Source of the DNA: Lytechinus pictus
Taxonomy: Eukaryota
Reading direction: 5' to 3'
DNA length: 64,000 bases
Assembly: GCF_037042905.1 (NCBI RefSeq)
Contig: NC_087247.1
Location: 17,422,001-17,486,000, forward strand
The notes under the pieces are model-generated. The model did not search any database. It worked only from the letters and a program-made list of their open reading frames with translations, and was not told the DNA's origin. A program made the position numbers and the translations under genes. Position 1 is the stretch's first letter; each line of letters starts with the position of its first letter. Below are positions 13,701 through 25,700 of this stretch, in pieces.

Positions 13701-16700
13701 GCATGCCTGTTTTTCCTTTGTTTTTGCTGAAATTATTTTGGGTGTGTGAAATTGTTTCATTCATTTGAACTTTATATATCATGACAATGGCATTGTTGTA
13801 TGATACATGTATTTTGCATTGATAAGCTTTGATTGGTGTACCCCCCCCCCCCAGTTTATTGCCCTTAATTGTTTGTGACTATTTTTGGTATGGTCAGGAT
13901 TGCTATCTTTCACAGCTATATGAAGCTAGCTATTTCAGTATTGTTTATTGTGAATTGCTTGCATATCTCCCTTTCGACTGATGGTTTTATTGAGAGTGGT
14001 CATTTTGTATATTACTTTATCAGTTAATACCTTTATCTTTGTCATTTATCGGCTGTACAAGTTTGGGTGGACAGTTGTTTTATTATTTATGTGTATTTTC
14101 TTTCATGTTACAGATAGGGAGTTATGTACAAATATGTGTATGTTTTGGTGATTTGTACTCGTTCATCATTTTTATATGTCAAAAGTGGCAGTTTATGTAT
14201 GATTTATGGATGATTTTATTTTCCTTGTATATATGTTATAGCATTTGGTGAGTCTTGGACTCATTACTGTAATCATATTTGGAGATTGAGGGGTATCAGT
14301 TTACATGCCCCTTGCACAGTTTTTATTCCAAGGATTTGTATGAAGGAAAGGGTTATTCATTTCATTTTAGTTTATGGTGATTAAGACACTTATATTTTAT
14401 CTTTCGCTTCTTACAAACAACTTAGGCTGATTTATATGGTTCATGTTTTGCATAGGTGGAAATTGATTTTTTATAGTTGCTGTATTTACATAGCTGATTC
14501 ATTGTTAAAAAAGTTGGCTTTTATTCAGTTCCCTATTATGCAAAAAAGGAAGAAAAAAGGTTGCCATGGTAAGCTGTTATTTGTTTATAACATGTTGTGT
14601 ATTTTGATGGGATAATAGGTGGAGAAAGTTATTGTGGTATTATTCCAATTGAGTTGTATGTATTTTATGTTGGTGAACTGCATGGTAGGTACACTGTAGT
14701 TGATGATATTGATACAGGTAATTTGAATTAGTGATAAGACAATAATTACTCATAGTGATACAGGTAATTTGAATTAGTGAGAAGACAATGATTATTCAAA
14801 GTGATATTGATACTTTGAATTATTAATAAGACAATCATTATTTACGTATTAAGTGAACTGGTATGTAGGCCTACACTATAGTTGGTAATAGCGATACAGG
14901 CTTTTTGAATGATAGATGAGAATGATTATTAGCAGAGTTAAACATTTTACTGTTGAGCATTAAACTTTATATTTCAATAGCTGAGTTGTGTTTTCATGGC
15001 TTAAAAGTGATCATATGGTTTAAACGTGATTTTATAGTTAACAAGCTATTCGGATGTCAGATGAGTAATTGCAGTAATTTAGAAAGTTAATAGAAGGGAG
15101 AGTTAAAGAAGTTAGTAGAGGGAAAGAAAAAGTGGTCACGCCATTGTGGATTGCTGCCCTCTGTCGGGCAGAGTTGTTTATGTCACACATGCGATCGTTG
15201 TCATCGGCCCTTATCCGGCCAGCTCTGTGTAGAGGTACAATGTCATTAAAATATAGACCATAAGATTATTGTGATTGACGTCTAATCATTTAATGGTGCA
15301 GGATATTTTGTTAAATATCTTTTGACCTTATTTTTCACAGCTAACAAGGGAAGGATCCAAGACCAGCTGAGGCTAGCTCTGATCTGGAACCGTGTGGACG
15401 TTGCCAAACGAGAGATCTTCACTGATGATAGGGAGTGGGGGGTAAGACCAATTCCTGGATCTATGTACTGGTCTTGGTCCTTTTTAGCCAGACTTTTCAT
15501 CAGAAACAAATGCTCTTGTCAACAACAAAAAACCAGTCAACATGAAATTTGCCATTTACAAAAATTAATAAAATAGTGCCCTGAAATTCATGACAGACAA
15601 TCTGCATTTTCTCAGTCATGAATATTGAGATTTCATTATTTAGAGAAATCTCATTGAATCTTGCATACCATATAATAATCTAATGCTTAGTGGAAAAATA
15701 CACTTCTCATAGTCTGATTTTGATTTGACAAGTATTGCAAGACAGACTTTATTCTTACTGATTTTATTGGTAATTCCATTTTATAGAACTTGTGGACAAT
15801 TCCACGAAATACGAAGTCCAACCACAGTATACAAAACTTCATGAAATTATTTGTTTGTGTTTTCTTCTTCATATGAAAATTTGCAATGTTTAGAAATTAT
15901 CATTGCTTTAGCAGTTCTACAAAGGGAAATGAGAAAGGATGGAATGAGAGACAGACATACAGAAAGGTTCTCTCAGTTATTTTATGGAATGGCACTGGTA
16001 TCACTTGCTATCTTTTATTTTGCCTACAGAAAGGACAACTGAATGAATCCTTGCACTATGCCTTGGTGAATAATCAGGTTAATTTCATTGAACTCTTCTT
16101 AGAGCAAGGGGTCAATCTGAAGGAATACTTGACCATCAAGGAAATGACCATTCTTTACAATGAGGTAACTCAAATCACTGATGAATTTGAATTTGTACAG
16201 TATGATTTCTTCCATAGTTTGTAGTCTGGCTATGAAACTTTAAATTGTAATCCTAGGTCTAAATAATTATATTGGATCATGAAATTAACAAAAGAAATCA
16301 GGTTCAATTTTCTAAAATATACTATTCATAAGATATATAAACAAAAATATACATATTCTAATTATAAATATAAGTATTCTGTAGATAATAATTATTTTCT
16401 ATGATAAGATATTGTAAAATTTGTGTGTAAAGTACCTTTGTTGCAGTTGACTTGTGTAAAGTGGGCATTTGGATGAAACATAGGATCAATTTGCACGTCA
16501 ATTTTAGATCTTTAAATCAATCCTTTTCATTTAAATTTTGCAAATGATCTGTTCTACTTTTTGCAACAGTTGTATTTGATCTATCTTTTTTTAAGCTATT
16601 GAAAAAATTAAGAGTTCTTTGTTTATTATAGATTAAGAATTAGACAATGCAATCCTGGTTCAAATAATGAAATGAAACAGCTTAGTGGTTTTGACAATTT

Positions 16701-19700
16701 TTCACTTGAAATTGATTAAGTGTTGGAAGCTTCAAGAAAGAAAGGCCTAACAAAATGATCACAGTTATGAATCATGTGAAAACTAAAAACATACTGTGCA
16801 CTTGAATGGTATATGAAATATCTAGAAGAATTTGTATGTTAGTTTTCTTGCAAATTTGATACATTAATAGCCTAAGAATTTGGATTTGATAATCAATTTT
16901 TAATGATGTTTCTATATGAGGAATACTGAAGCTGAATCTGAAGTATACATCAATTCATTTAATTCTCTATCTTGTGTTTTACAGATTCGGTCAAATTCAC
17001 TTCTTTACGAACAGTTGGAGAAATACAGAGGAAAGGTATGGAGTTATTGCTTTTCTCTTTGTTTAAAATCTCACCACTTGGTTTTAGATTTCTCAATTTA
17101 GGTTTTTACACATCTGACAAATGGTAATAATTGGTATTGACATGGGTTTTTACCTTGAAAAACGGATATAGTGCAATTTCCTTCTGCCATCTAAAAGGCT
17201 CAACGGACCCTACAAATGAAAACAGAAGCATATGTTATTGTGATGATAGTGTCCTGTGAAGTACATATGTTTGTAGCAAATTGGGTTATGAGGTTGAAAA
17301 GGTAGCTTCTCAAAGTAATAATTATATTTTCCTGGTATCTCGTTATTGCTTATATGCAGCAATATAATATCAGATAACAAGTTTAGCAAATTGACTAGGT
17401 CATGCATGATCTCAATTTTGTCTTGCCTTGAAAGCATAACCGAGACATACTGTACATATATGTACTTTTCTTAATGTGACATTTTAAAATTTTCATCTTG
17501 AATAAAAAAACAGATTTTAAAATAGGTTTGAAAGTGTATTGACCCAATTTATAAGTATCATTAATCGTGGGTAGTATTTTAGGTCACTGGGTCAAGGTCA
17601 ATAAAGTGATGAAAATTCATATTTCATAAAAAACATCTTTTATAAAACCCATTCATGCTCATATATTTTTGAGCTTGTAAATATTGAACAGACTTATATA
17701 TGACATACATGTATATATATCATCACTGTTTTCATGAAGTACAGTATTCCTATTGCATGTTGTAGTGACGATTATAATTTGATTTGGGGGACACAAAGTC
17801 AAATTTCAAATGTCACATGGGTCATTATGTGAAAATTGAAGAAGTTAGGTGTATAATAATCTAGTAATGGTGGAGGTATGACTGTCAATTGCATTTAGGC
17901 GAGAATCCATGTATTCAAAAGTTTATTCTCTTTGGTACCTGTCTTTTTACATTTAGTACTCCAATATCAAGTTTAATCTTGAGCACGTTGGCAAGGTTAT
18001 CAGAGATCTGATGTTCGACACTTACCAGCCGCTCTACCTGCGAGATCCAGGGGTATACGTCCTATCGGAAGATGACATCAGGCAGGACAAGTCCAAACGA
18101 AATGAAGCATTTGAAGACACCAGTGATGACGGTTCGTCAACCGATGAAGAAGATGACGAGAACGACACCGGTGCCACTCCCAGGGTCGATCCATTCTCTG
18201 TGGAAGAAGGGCTAGCCAGTTTTGGAAATGCCATGATGCCAGCAAGTGAGTTCAGTTCCTATTCTGTTTGATACTCCTTATCATGCTAACAGCACCATTG
18301 CAGTGAATGAAATTGTAAATAGATAGTACCTTTTGTGTCAATTACATGTTATTAAGTCTTTTTACATCTATATCAATGTATCCTTTTTAATCCAGCTTTT
18401 GTTGTTAGTATTTGGTGAAAATCCCCAATGTATCGCTTCTGGGGTGACAGACCTTGTAGCACAAAAGAGTTGAATGATTGGAAGGGGGAAAGAAAACATT
18501 GTTCCATAACACTGTATCCAATGGGATTTCTGTAGCATCTAATGGCTTCATCGTTTAAATGAAAAGAAGGTGTACAGATAGGACATCATTTGACCGAGTT
18601 CATATACTATATATATAGTCATTAAAAGAGAAAAATACATCTATTTGCCTCTGATTGGAAATGCAAGGTCTGGTACCCCAGGGATGGTATGCCTATGTGG
18701 TTCGTAATCTTAAACAAATCAGTATTCTTTTTATGACACCTTTATGCTTGTTTGTATTTAGATGGCAGTTTTATAGAGATTCTTTTGTGCATGAAGTGTG
18801 AAACCATTTGTGTCTAAAACTGTTTTTACGTGTTCGCTGTTCTTGATCCTGCTTCATTCTACCCGCAAGTGCCTTTGGCCACAATCCAAGAACACATAGA
18901 GATGAAATTCCTTCCCGAAGATGAACCTATAGATATTGATACAGGTTTCCGTGTAGATGGTAATATATCACTGATATCTTGGGGTTCATACACTCATTCT
19001 AGCTTCCCTGTGGTTATCAAGGTTTGAGTCATTCATTCGGGTGGATGATACAGTTTTTTTTATTGTTTGGATATTGGTTTATTTGGTTTGTATCAAAGGC
19101 AGTGTTATCTACAGCAGAGATGATACTGGGTAGGGGAAGGCGGGGTAAGTTGAGCATAGGGGCAAGTTGAGCCACCACCCCCAGGCCAATAATGAATGAG
19201 TCAGACATTGTGGTGGTGTCATGTATTGATAACCCATTACATAACCCTTAACCCCACCATATTGTTTTCAACTTCGAAACAAAAAGTACTTTTTTAGAGG
19301 GAAAAATACAAATTTCAGCCAAAAAAGCAAAAAAGGGTGTGAAATAGATCAGTGCTCTTTACACACACACACGTCTATAAATATAATAAAGAAATAAGAA
19401 CATTATTGTTAGTCCAGGTATGGATTCTCATTCTTGTCATAGTCTTTTACATGATGGATGCATAAGAAATGTGTGGATGTGAAAATATCGCATTAAGTTC
19501 TGACTGGGGTGTTTTGAGCCAGCCAACATGGGGCAAGTTGAGCCATGGTAATCCTTATGGTAATGTATAATATTTAAAAAAAACTTTAAAAGCCATTGAT
19601 ATGCAGCCAGAAAGGAGCAAATTCATATGACAGTTCTTTTACTTTTTATAGAGGATGTTATTATTTACAGAGAATTAGCAAGTGAAAAGACTTTAAATGA

Positions 19701-22700
19701 AAATTTAACATGCGGGTTCTTCCCGCATACATTTTGTACATAGTTTTTGTGGCTCAACTTACCCCAGAATGTGGCACAACTTACCCCACAGATGGGGCAA
19801 GTTGAGCCATTTGACATTGTTTTTTTCAAAGGTCACAGTGACTTTCAGTGTGGGGATAAAAAGTTATATATAGGTGAAAAATATTTCCCAAGAATCTAAT
19901 TAAAAGGCAAGGTACTTATTTCTACAATATTATTAATCACATCAATTCTAACATGCAAAATGCAAAAAGTGTCACTACTTAACCCGCCTTCCCCTACTGT
20001 TTTAGTGGCCAAGGTTGCAATTTGTTTTTGAAAAAGGAGCAAATAAAAGCACCCCAAGTTACAAGTCTGGATATGATATTGATACATAATTTTATATTTA
20101 GGTTTATCTTTTGGTTATAAAATAACTATTTTGGGATGTTAAAAGAAAAAAAAAGATCATGGTTGATCTTGTTTTTAGTATGTGGATTTACATTCCTGTT
20201 GTGTACATTATGTTTGGCCATTTCATGGTTTGGTGCATAAGTGACCATCCACCTCACAACCCACAATAAGTCATCCAAAATGAATTTTAGGATTTTGTAT
20301 TAACTTTGAAAAAGCAGATCAGCTTTAAGGTGATGTCATAATAAGGAACAATGCTTGATTCAATGAAGAATCTAAGGGAGAGCTACATGTAGGTGAAATG
20401 TTAGGTTCACTCAAGCATGACATGTACCAAACTGTACAAGGTTGGAGACGTTTCCAGCAGTCCAGAAATAAAATCTTGAATCTTGTATATGTTTAACTCT
20501 ACAGCTTATAAGCTACATTTCTGAATTTGGGGGTTGACTTAAGCCCAAAGTACTATTTTTGTGTGGGACATGCATGTACTATGTATAAATTGGGAGGCAG
20601 GGACCATGAATTGTTTTTACTTGAGATTCATGGTTATAAATGTATATTGAAATTTGCTCATGATGACCACCAAGTTCCTGGAATATATATATATTTTTTC
20701 AGTACCATGTATTATTAGAGGTAAATCCAGAGGTAATGTTGTCATCCATAATTAATATAACTCACATGTATAGTTAGTTCATCAGGGGTGTATGTAATCC
20801 ATCAAAACACATTTACGAAATGTAAATTTGGCTAAAGCATAATAGTTCACAGGCTCAAAAGTGGTGACTATGAAATATTGATAAGTTTGTTTATATCTTT
20901 GCATAAAATAGTAATGGGGTATACATGTTCATAATGCACTTGAATTTTCGAAAATGTAATACTGCATACACTTAGTTGGGATGATTAGCAGGCCACAAAG
21001 CAAGGATAAATTATTTCTCTAACAGGATAAAACAAGTCTGGTTTTCACCAATAGGGAGTTTTCGCTTTTACTACGGGGAAACTCTCTACAACGCATTGAT
21101 TCCTTTGAAAATGCAACTAAAATCAAGATGGAGAGCTGAGAGGCTTTTGTCAGAAGTTGGTTGACTGGGACAGCAGATCATCTGAAGATTTCCCACGGAA
21201 GAACAATTGCAAATATGTCGTTGTCCAGAGTCGAGAGATTCTGATGCTGCCCAGTCCATCAACTTTTGACAAAAGCCTCTCGGCTCTCCATTGTGATTTG
21301 ACTTGCATTATCAAAGGAACTGGTGTGTTGTAGAGTTTCCTCCTAGGAAATGTGAAAAGTCCAGAATAACAGTTTATGACATTAGTCCCATTTCTGAACT
21401 TACACTGTAGGTTTCACTTTATAAGCCATGGTTTACCTTTAAATCTGGTGGTTAAGTGTGGGTAGCCTAATGTGCTAAAACTTTATTTTGCTGATATTTT
21501 TCTGATGTTTAATTGTCTTTGTAAAGGCCTTATTCATGATTCCCAGCCTGTTAGAGCTGAATGCCAGATCTGATGAGAGTATAATTTATGTTTGGTTATC
21601 CAAAAGTTCACTTTCCTTTTTTTTTCCTCAATAGCTTGTGTCTTTTAGATGAAACATTGGCTTATTTCTTAAGACATAATCAAATATTTTCATTAGAAAT
21701 TATTACTTGTGTCATATTTTCTCAAGGTTTAGCCGGGTGTCGACGCTCAGTCCTTGCGCGTGTTGGAAATGTGACAAACCCTTTAAAAGGTGGAATGATT
21801 GGCATGAGTATTTTTTTTTCAGTATCAATGAAAGGAATGCTACTGCAACTGCATCATGTTTTTAAGCATCTTTTGTTTTAGTTTACATTTTGAAATCTTA
21901 ATAACACATCATTATAATTCTAATGTTGGCTTTTCTCATGTTATATAAACTTGAACTGCAAAAAATATCACATGCTCAGGACAGTACCAATTATGATTTT
22001 ATTGTTTTCATTCGAAAAACTTATTCTTTTCTCTTATTTTAGTTTACAACGAGCTTTTATTTTATGCATTGTAATAAAAGCATTTGTAAATAGATGCCAC
22101 CTTTGAGGAAAAGAAAATTGATATAAGAATATGCTTTATTTTTTTTTTCTGTTGTCATCATTATTGTTTATATGTACTAACAAATTTATATTGCTAATTG
22201 ATAATCGTAAAAGCACTTTTGTCACATTGGATGAATTTGTTCATATTTGCATGCTACGATCACTAATACTTTTACACGTGAAGTCATCAAAATTTGATTG
22301 TGTTACATATTAGTTATCCTGCATGCTTTAATTTTCTTTGAGAGTAATATATACATTCAAATCCAGTCAGATATATCATTTTTTGATGGTCCAAAAAATG
22401 CATTTTTAATATTTAGATAATTTGTTTCAATGAAGTTTAGCTGTAGTTTAGAAACATTGAAAAGAAGTAAGTCATGATTATTAATAGGGAAAAATACTTG
22501 AATCAGGTGCACCTACACAGACATTGTCTATATTGTTAGGACCATAGAAACATAATTCAATTACATTAAACTTGTTGCATCATCATTATGAATATTTCCA
22601 CACTGCATGTACTGTATGCCATTTTCATTGTTTTCCAACATATTTAATAGTCTGTACCAGATTCATTATGACTTTTATGTTCACATTGAAACCAACAACA

Positions 22701-25700
22701 ATAGTTAATGTGATGATAAGCAATTGAATACAAATTTGTATACAATATATATGAATTATATTTTGAAACATTTTTTTTTATTAGCACTTCGATCGTAGCA
22801 ACTTTCTGTCTTTGTTTTCTCATTCTAGATGTATATCAGAATAAGTGTTTCTTTATGCTTTTGAATTTACAAATATTTACCAATATGTAAAGATACAAAA
22901 TATTTTATTTTTCTTATATTATGAAAATCTCAAGCAGTATAAAGACATGCTACTCCAAATTATTTTTTTCTTCATTTATATTATCTGCTTTGAGCTGTTT
23001 CTTATTCTATTTGTATGGAAATAAAATGAAATAGAATAACTGCTTTATAATCAAGGAAACAAAGAATGCAAACCATGTGCATAGGATTCAGTGTGTTATA
23101 ATAATCATTTGTAATGGGATTAATGTCATCAATCACTATATTAATCTAAGCTATATCCGTTTTGCTTTCAGACATGAATAAGAATATGCAAACCAACCAG
23201 TTTGAGTATCCTCTCCGCGAACTTTTCATCTATGCCATCCTGCAGAATTGGCATGATATGGCCAAGCTGTTCTGGGAGGAAGGCAGGGAATCCATAGCTT
23301 CCGCACTAGCAGCAAGCAAGATGCTGAAGGGAATGGCCGACAAGGAAGACGACTCGGACCAGATTGATAACATGGTAGCACACGCAGAGTAAGTGGAGTT
23401 GCAGTGACTTGTAATTTAGTGATAGTAATGATGATGATGATAATGTTGGTGATGATGATGATGATAATAATGATGATGGTTGTGGTGGTATGGTGGTGGT
23501 TGTGGTTGTGATGGTGATGGTAGTGGTTGTGATGGTGGTGGTTTGATGATGTTTATGCATGATAGTGATGAAAAATGTAAAGAATGATAATGATAATCCT
23601 TAAGATTATAGGAATAAATTCAAGTAGATCCATTTGAATACAAATGCTCAAGGAGCAGTATGGAGGTGAGTAACAATATCATATTAAAAGTGATACGAAG
23701 CAATGAAAAATTGCTGTTATGCTGAATTAAACAGATTTGCTGCTGATGAATCTTATGAAAAAAAATATTCACTGTTATTTGAATTTTATATAGTAAGTCT
23801 AAAAATTCTTCGTTGCCATTCTGATATCAACGTGTATTCATCTTGTATTCCTCTTAGAACCTATGAAGAGTTAGCCATAGGTGTTCTGAATGAGTGCTAT
23901 GTGGAGGATGAAGAACGTTCAGCCTTGCTTCTCGTCTGTGAGCTTCCATTCTGGGGTAATTCTACCTGCCTTAATTTGGCTGTGGAGGCATTGGACAAGA
24001 ACTTCATTGCACACTCGGGAGTACAGAATCTTCTCACTCAAATCTGGATGGGTAAAATCTCAGATGAAACACGTCCATTTCAGGTAATTTATATGATTTG
24101 TTATCCCATAATTGAATATATGCAGTTTAATCAGATTTGAGCAACTTTGTGCAAACCGGAGCACATAAAATATGTATCATATATCTAAGTAAAATTTTCA
24201 CCTAAAACAAATAGATTTGTGGTCTTGTATAACAGATTTGACTGATGCAGATTCAGTCGCACATTCGTGTCTCAGATTTGAGATTGAATTTTGTTTTACA
24301 AATGTCAAAACTATTTAGACCACATAAATCTGTTTGACTGAAGACAAATTTAACATTTTATACAGTGTATCTATAGTATATAACACATTTGTTTTGCATA
24401 ATCTGGTCTATCAAAGTGCTTTGACTTAAGTTAATACCCAACTTTAATATGGAAGGTTGACTTGTACAAATGAACCGCTGATATATATTTTGCAGAAAAT
24501 CAGCTGAATTTACTATATAATCATGTTTCTCATTTTAGTTATGGTGTCAAATTGTTGGACTCTTATTTGAGCTATTTTGTCAAAATGTATGATAAATATT
24601 GTTGGTTGAGCTTTGGTAATACACTCAGTGTTTTCACTGTTTTAGAGAATCATATTTATATGCACTCAACTGATTTGTTTCTATTTCTTTGGTGTAGCTA
24701 TGGATGTGTACCTTGTTCCCGCCATTGATATATTTTTTGGTGAAGTTCCGTGAAGATGAGGGTGATGAAGAACAAGCAGAGCTTGAGAAGATACTAAGCA
24801 AGAAGAAGGAGAAGCTGGCTGTTAAATCAGTTGTAAGTAGACTAAGCATTGTCCTTTTTTCAAAATTCATTAGAATAAGATCTGTCCTGTTGTGTAATAT
24901 ATAGATATATGAAGCTCTTTGTGTTTTTACTAGAATAAGCCCTATTTCTCTGTTTACTTTACAGATGTATAAACCTCTTGTACTATTCTTAGAGTAATTG
25001 CTTCAATTCACTATGTAGCACATATTTTGATTATCATTTTTGTTAATCATTTTTTATTTCTAGATTAATATTTACTTCAAAAGCTAAATTGTGGATTTAT
25101 TTTTTTTTATATTGTAAAAGTTTTTAGCTCCACATTTATTGCATTGTTAATGTTTGTGTATAAAAGTTAGTGTTAATATAGAGAGCTGCATTTCCATTTT
25201 TTGCCAAAGAAGTGTTTGGTTGAAATATCATGCATGTTTTACAATTTAGGGAGAACTGTTTTGAGGGCCTAAGACAAAATTAATTGTTTTGCAAAAGAGA
25301 AAATGTTGATACTTTAACACTAAGAGATATTTTTCTTTTTTTTAGTTGTGAGATGTTACATAGTACTGTCTTGTTGTAAACACACACCATACCTTACAAC
25401 CAAATACAAAAATAATTCCCCTTTAAGTATAACCCATGGATATATTTTTACAAAGACATCATATTTGTTTACAAAGCCATCAACATCCAATCAGATAACC
25501 CGACATTTCATTTTCTGAGGGTTATGTCTATGTCAGTTCGCTCTTCTCATTAATTTGTTTGCCTTGTTCAGGATGATGTATTTGTACCTGAAGGTGATCC
25601 AAGGAATAAGAGTATGGAGATGGGAGTTGTTGTCCAACCTCCTTCTGAGAGCGGTGACAGTGGAATGGCAAGCCAGACCAGGTCAGTATTACAACATATT

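Larger units (their letters stand above)
10122..15298 (+). mobile_element. Non-autonomous LTR retrotransposon (Troyka-like Gypsy group), 5177 bp, in a TRPM2 intron
   Basis: Identical 160-bp direct repeats 10122-10281 and 15139-15298; 3-bp TSD CAG (10119-10121, 15299-15301); PBS-like TGGTGACAGCTGGGAT directly after the 5' LTR; purine tract 15117-15132 before the 3' LTR; internal Gag-knuckle and protease-like coding sequence; no RT, RNase H or integrase seen. Confidence 0.88.

Noticed and set aside
10122-15298. DIRS/Ngaro tyrosine-recombinase element
   Set aside because: Simple paired direct repeats with PBS, PPT, TSD and a protease-like domain fit an integrase-type LTR element.
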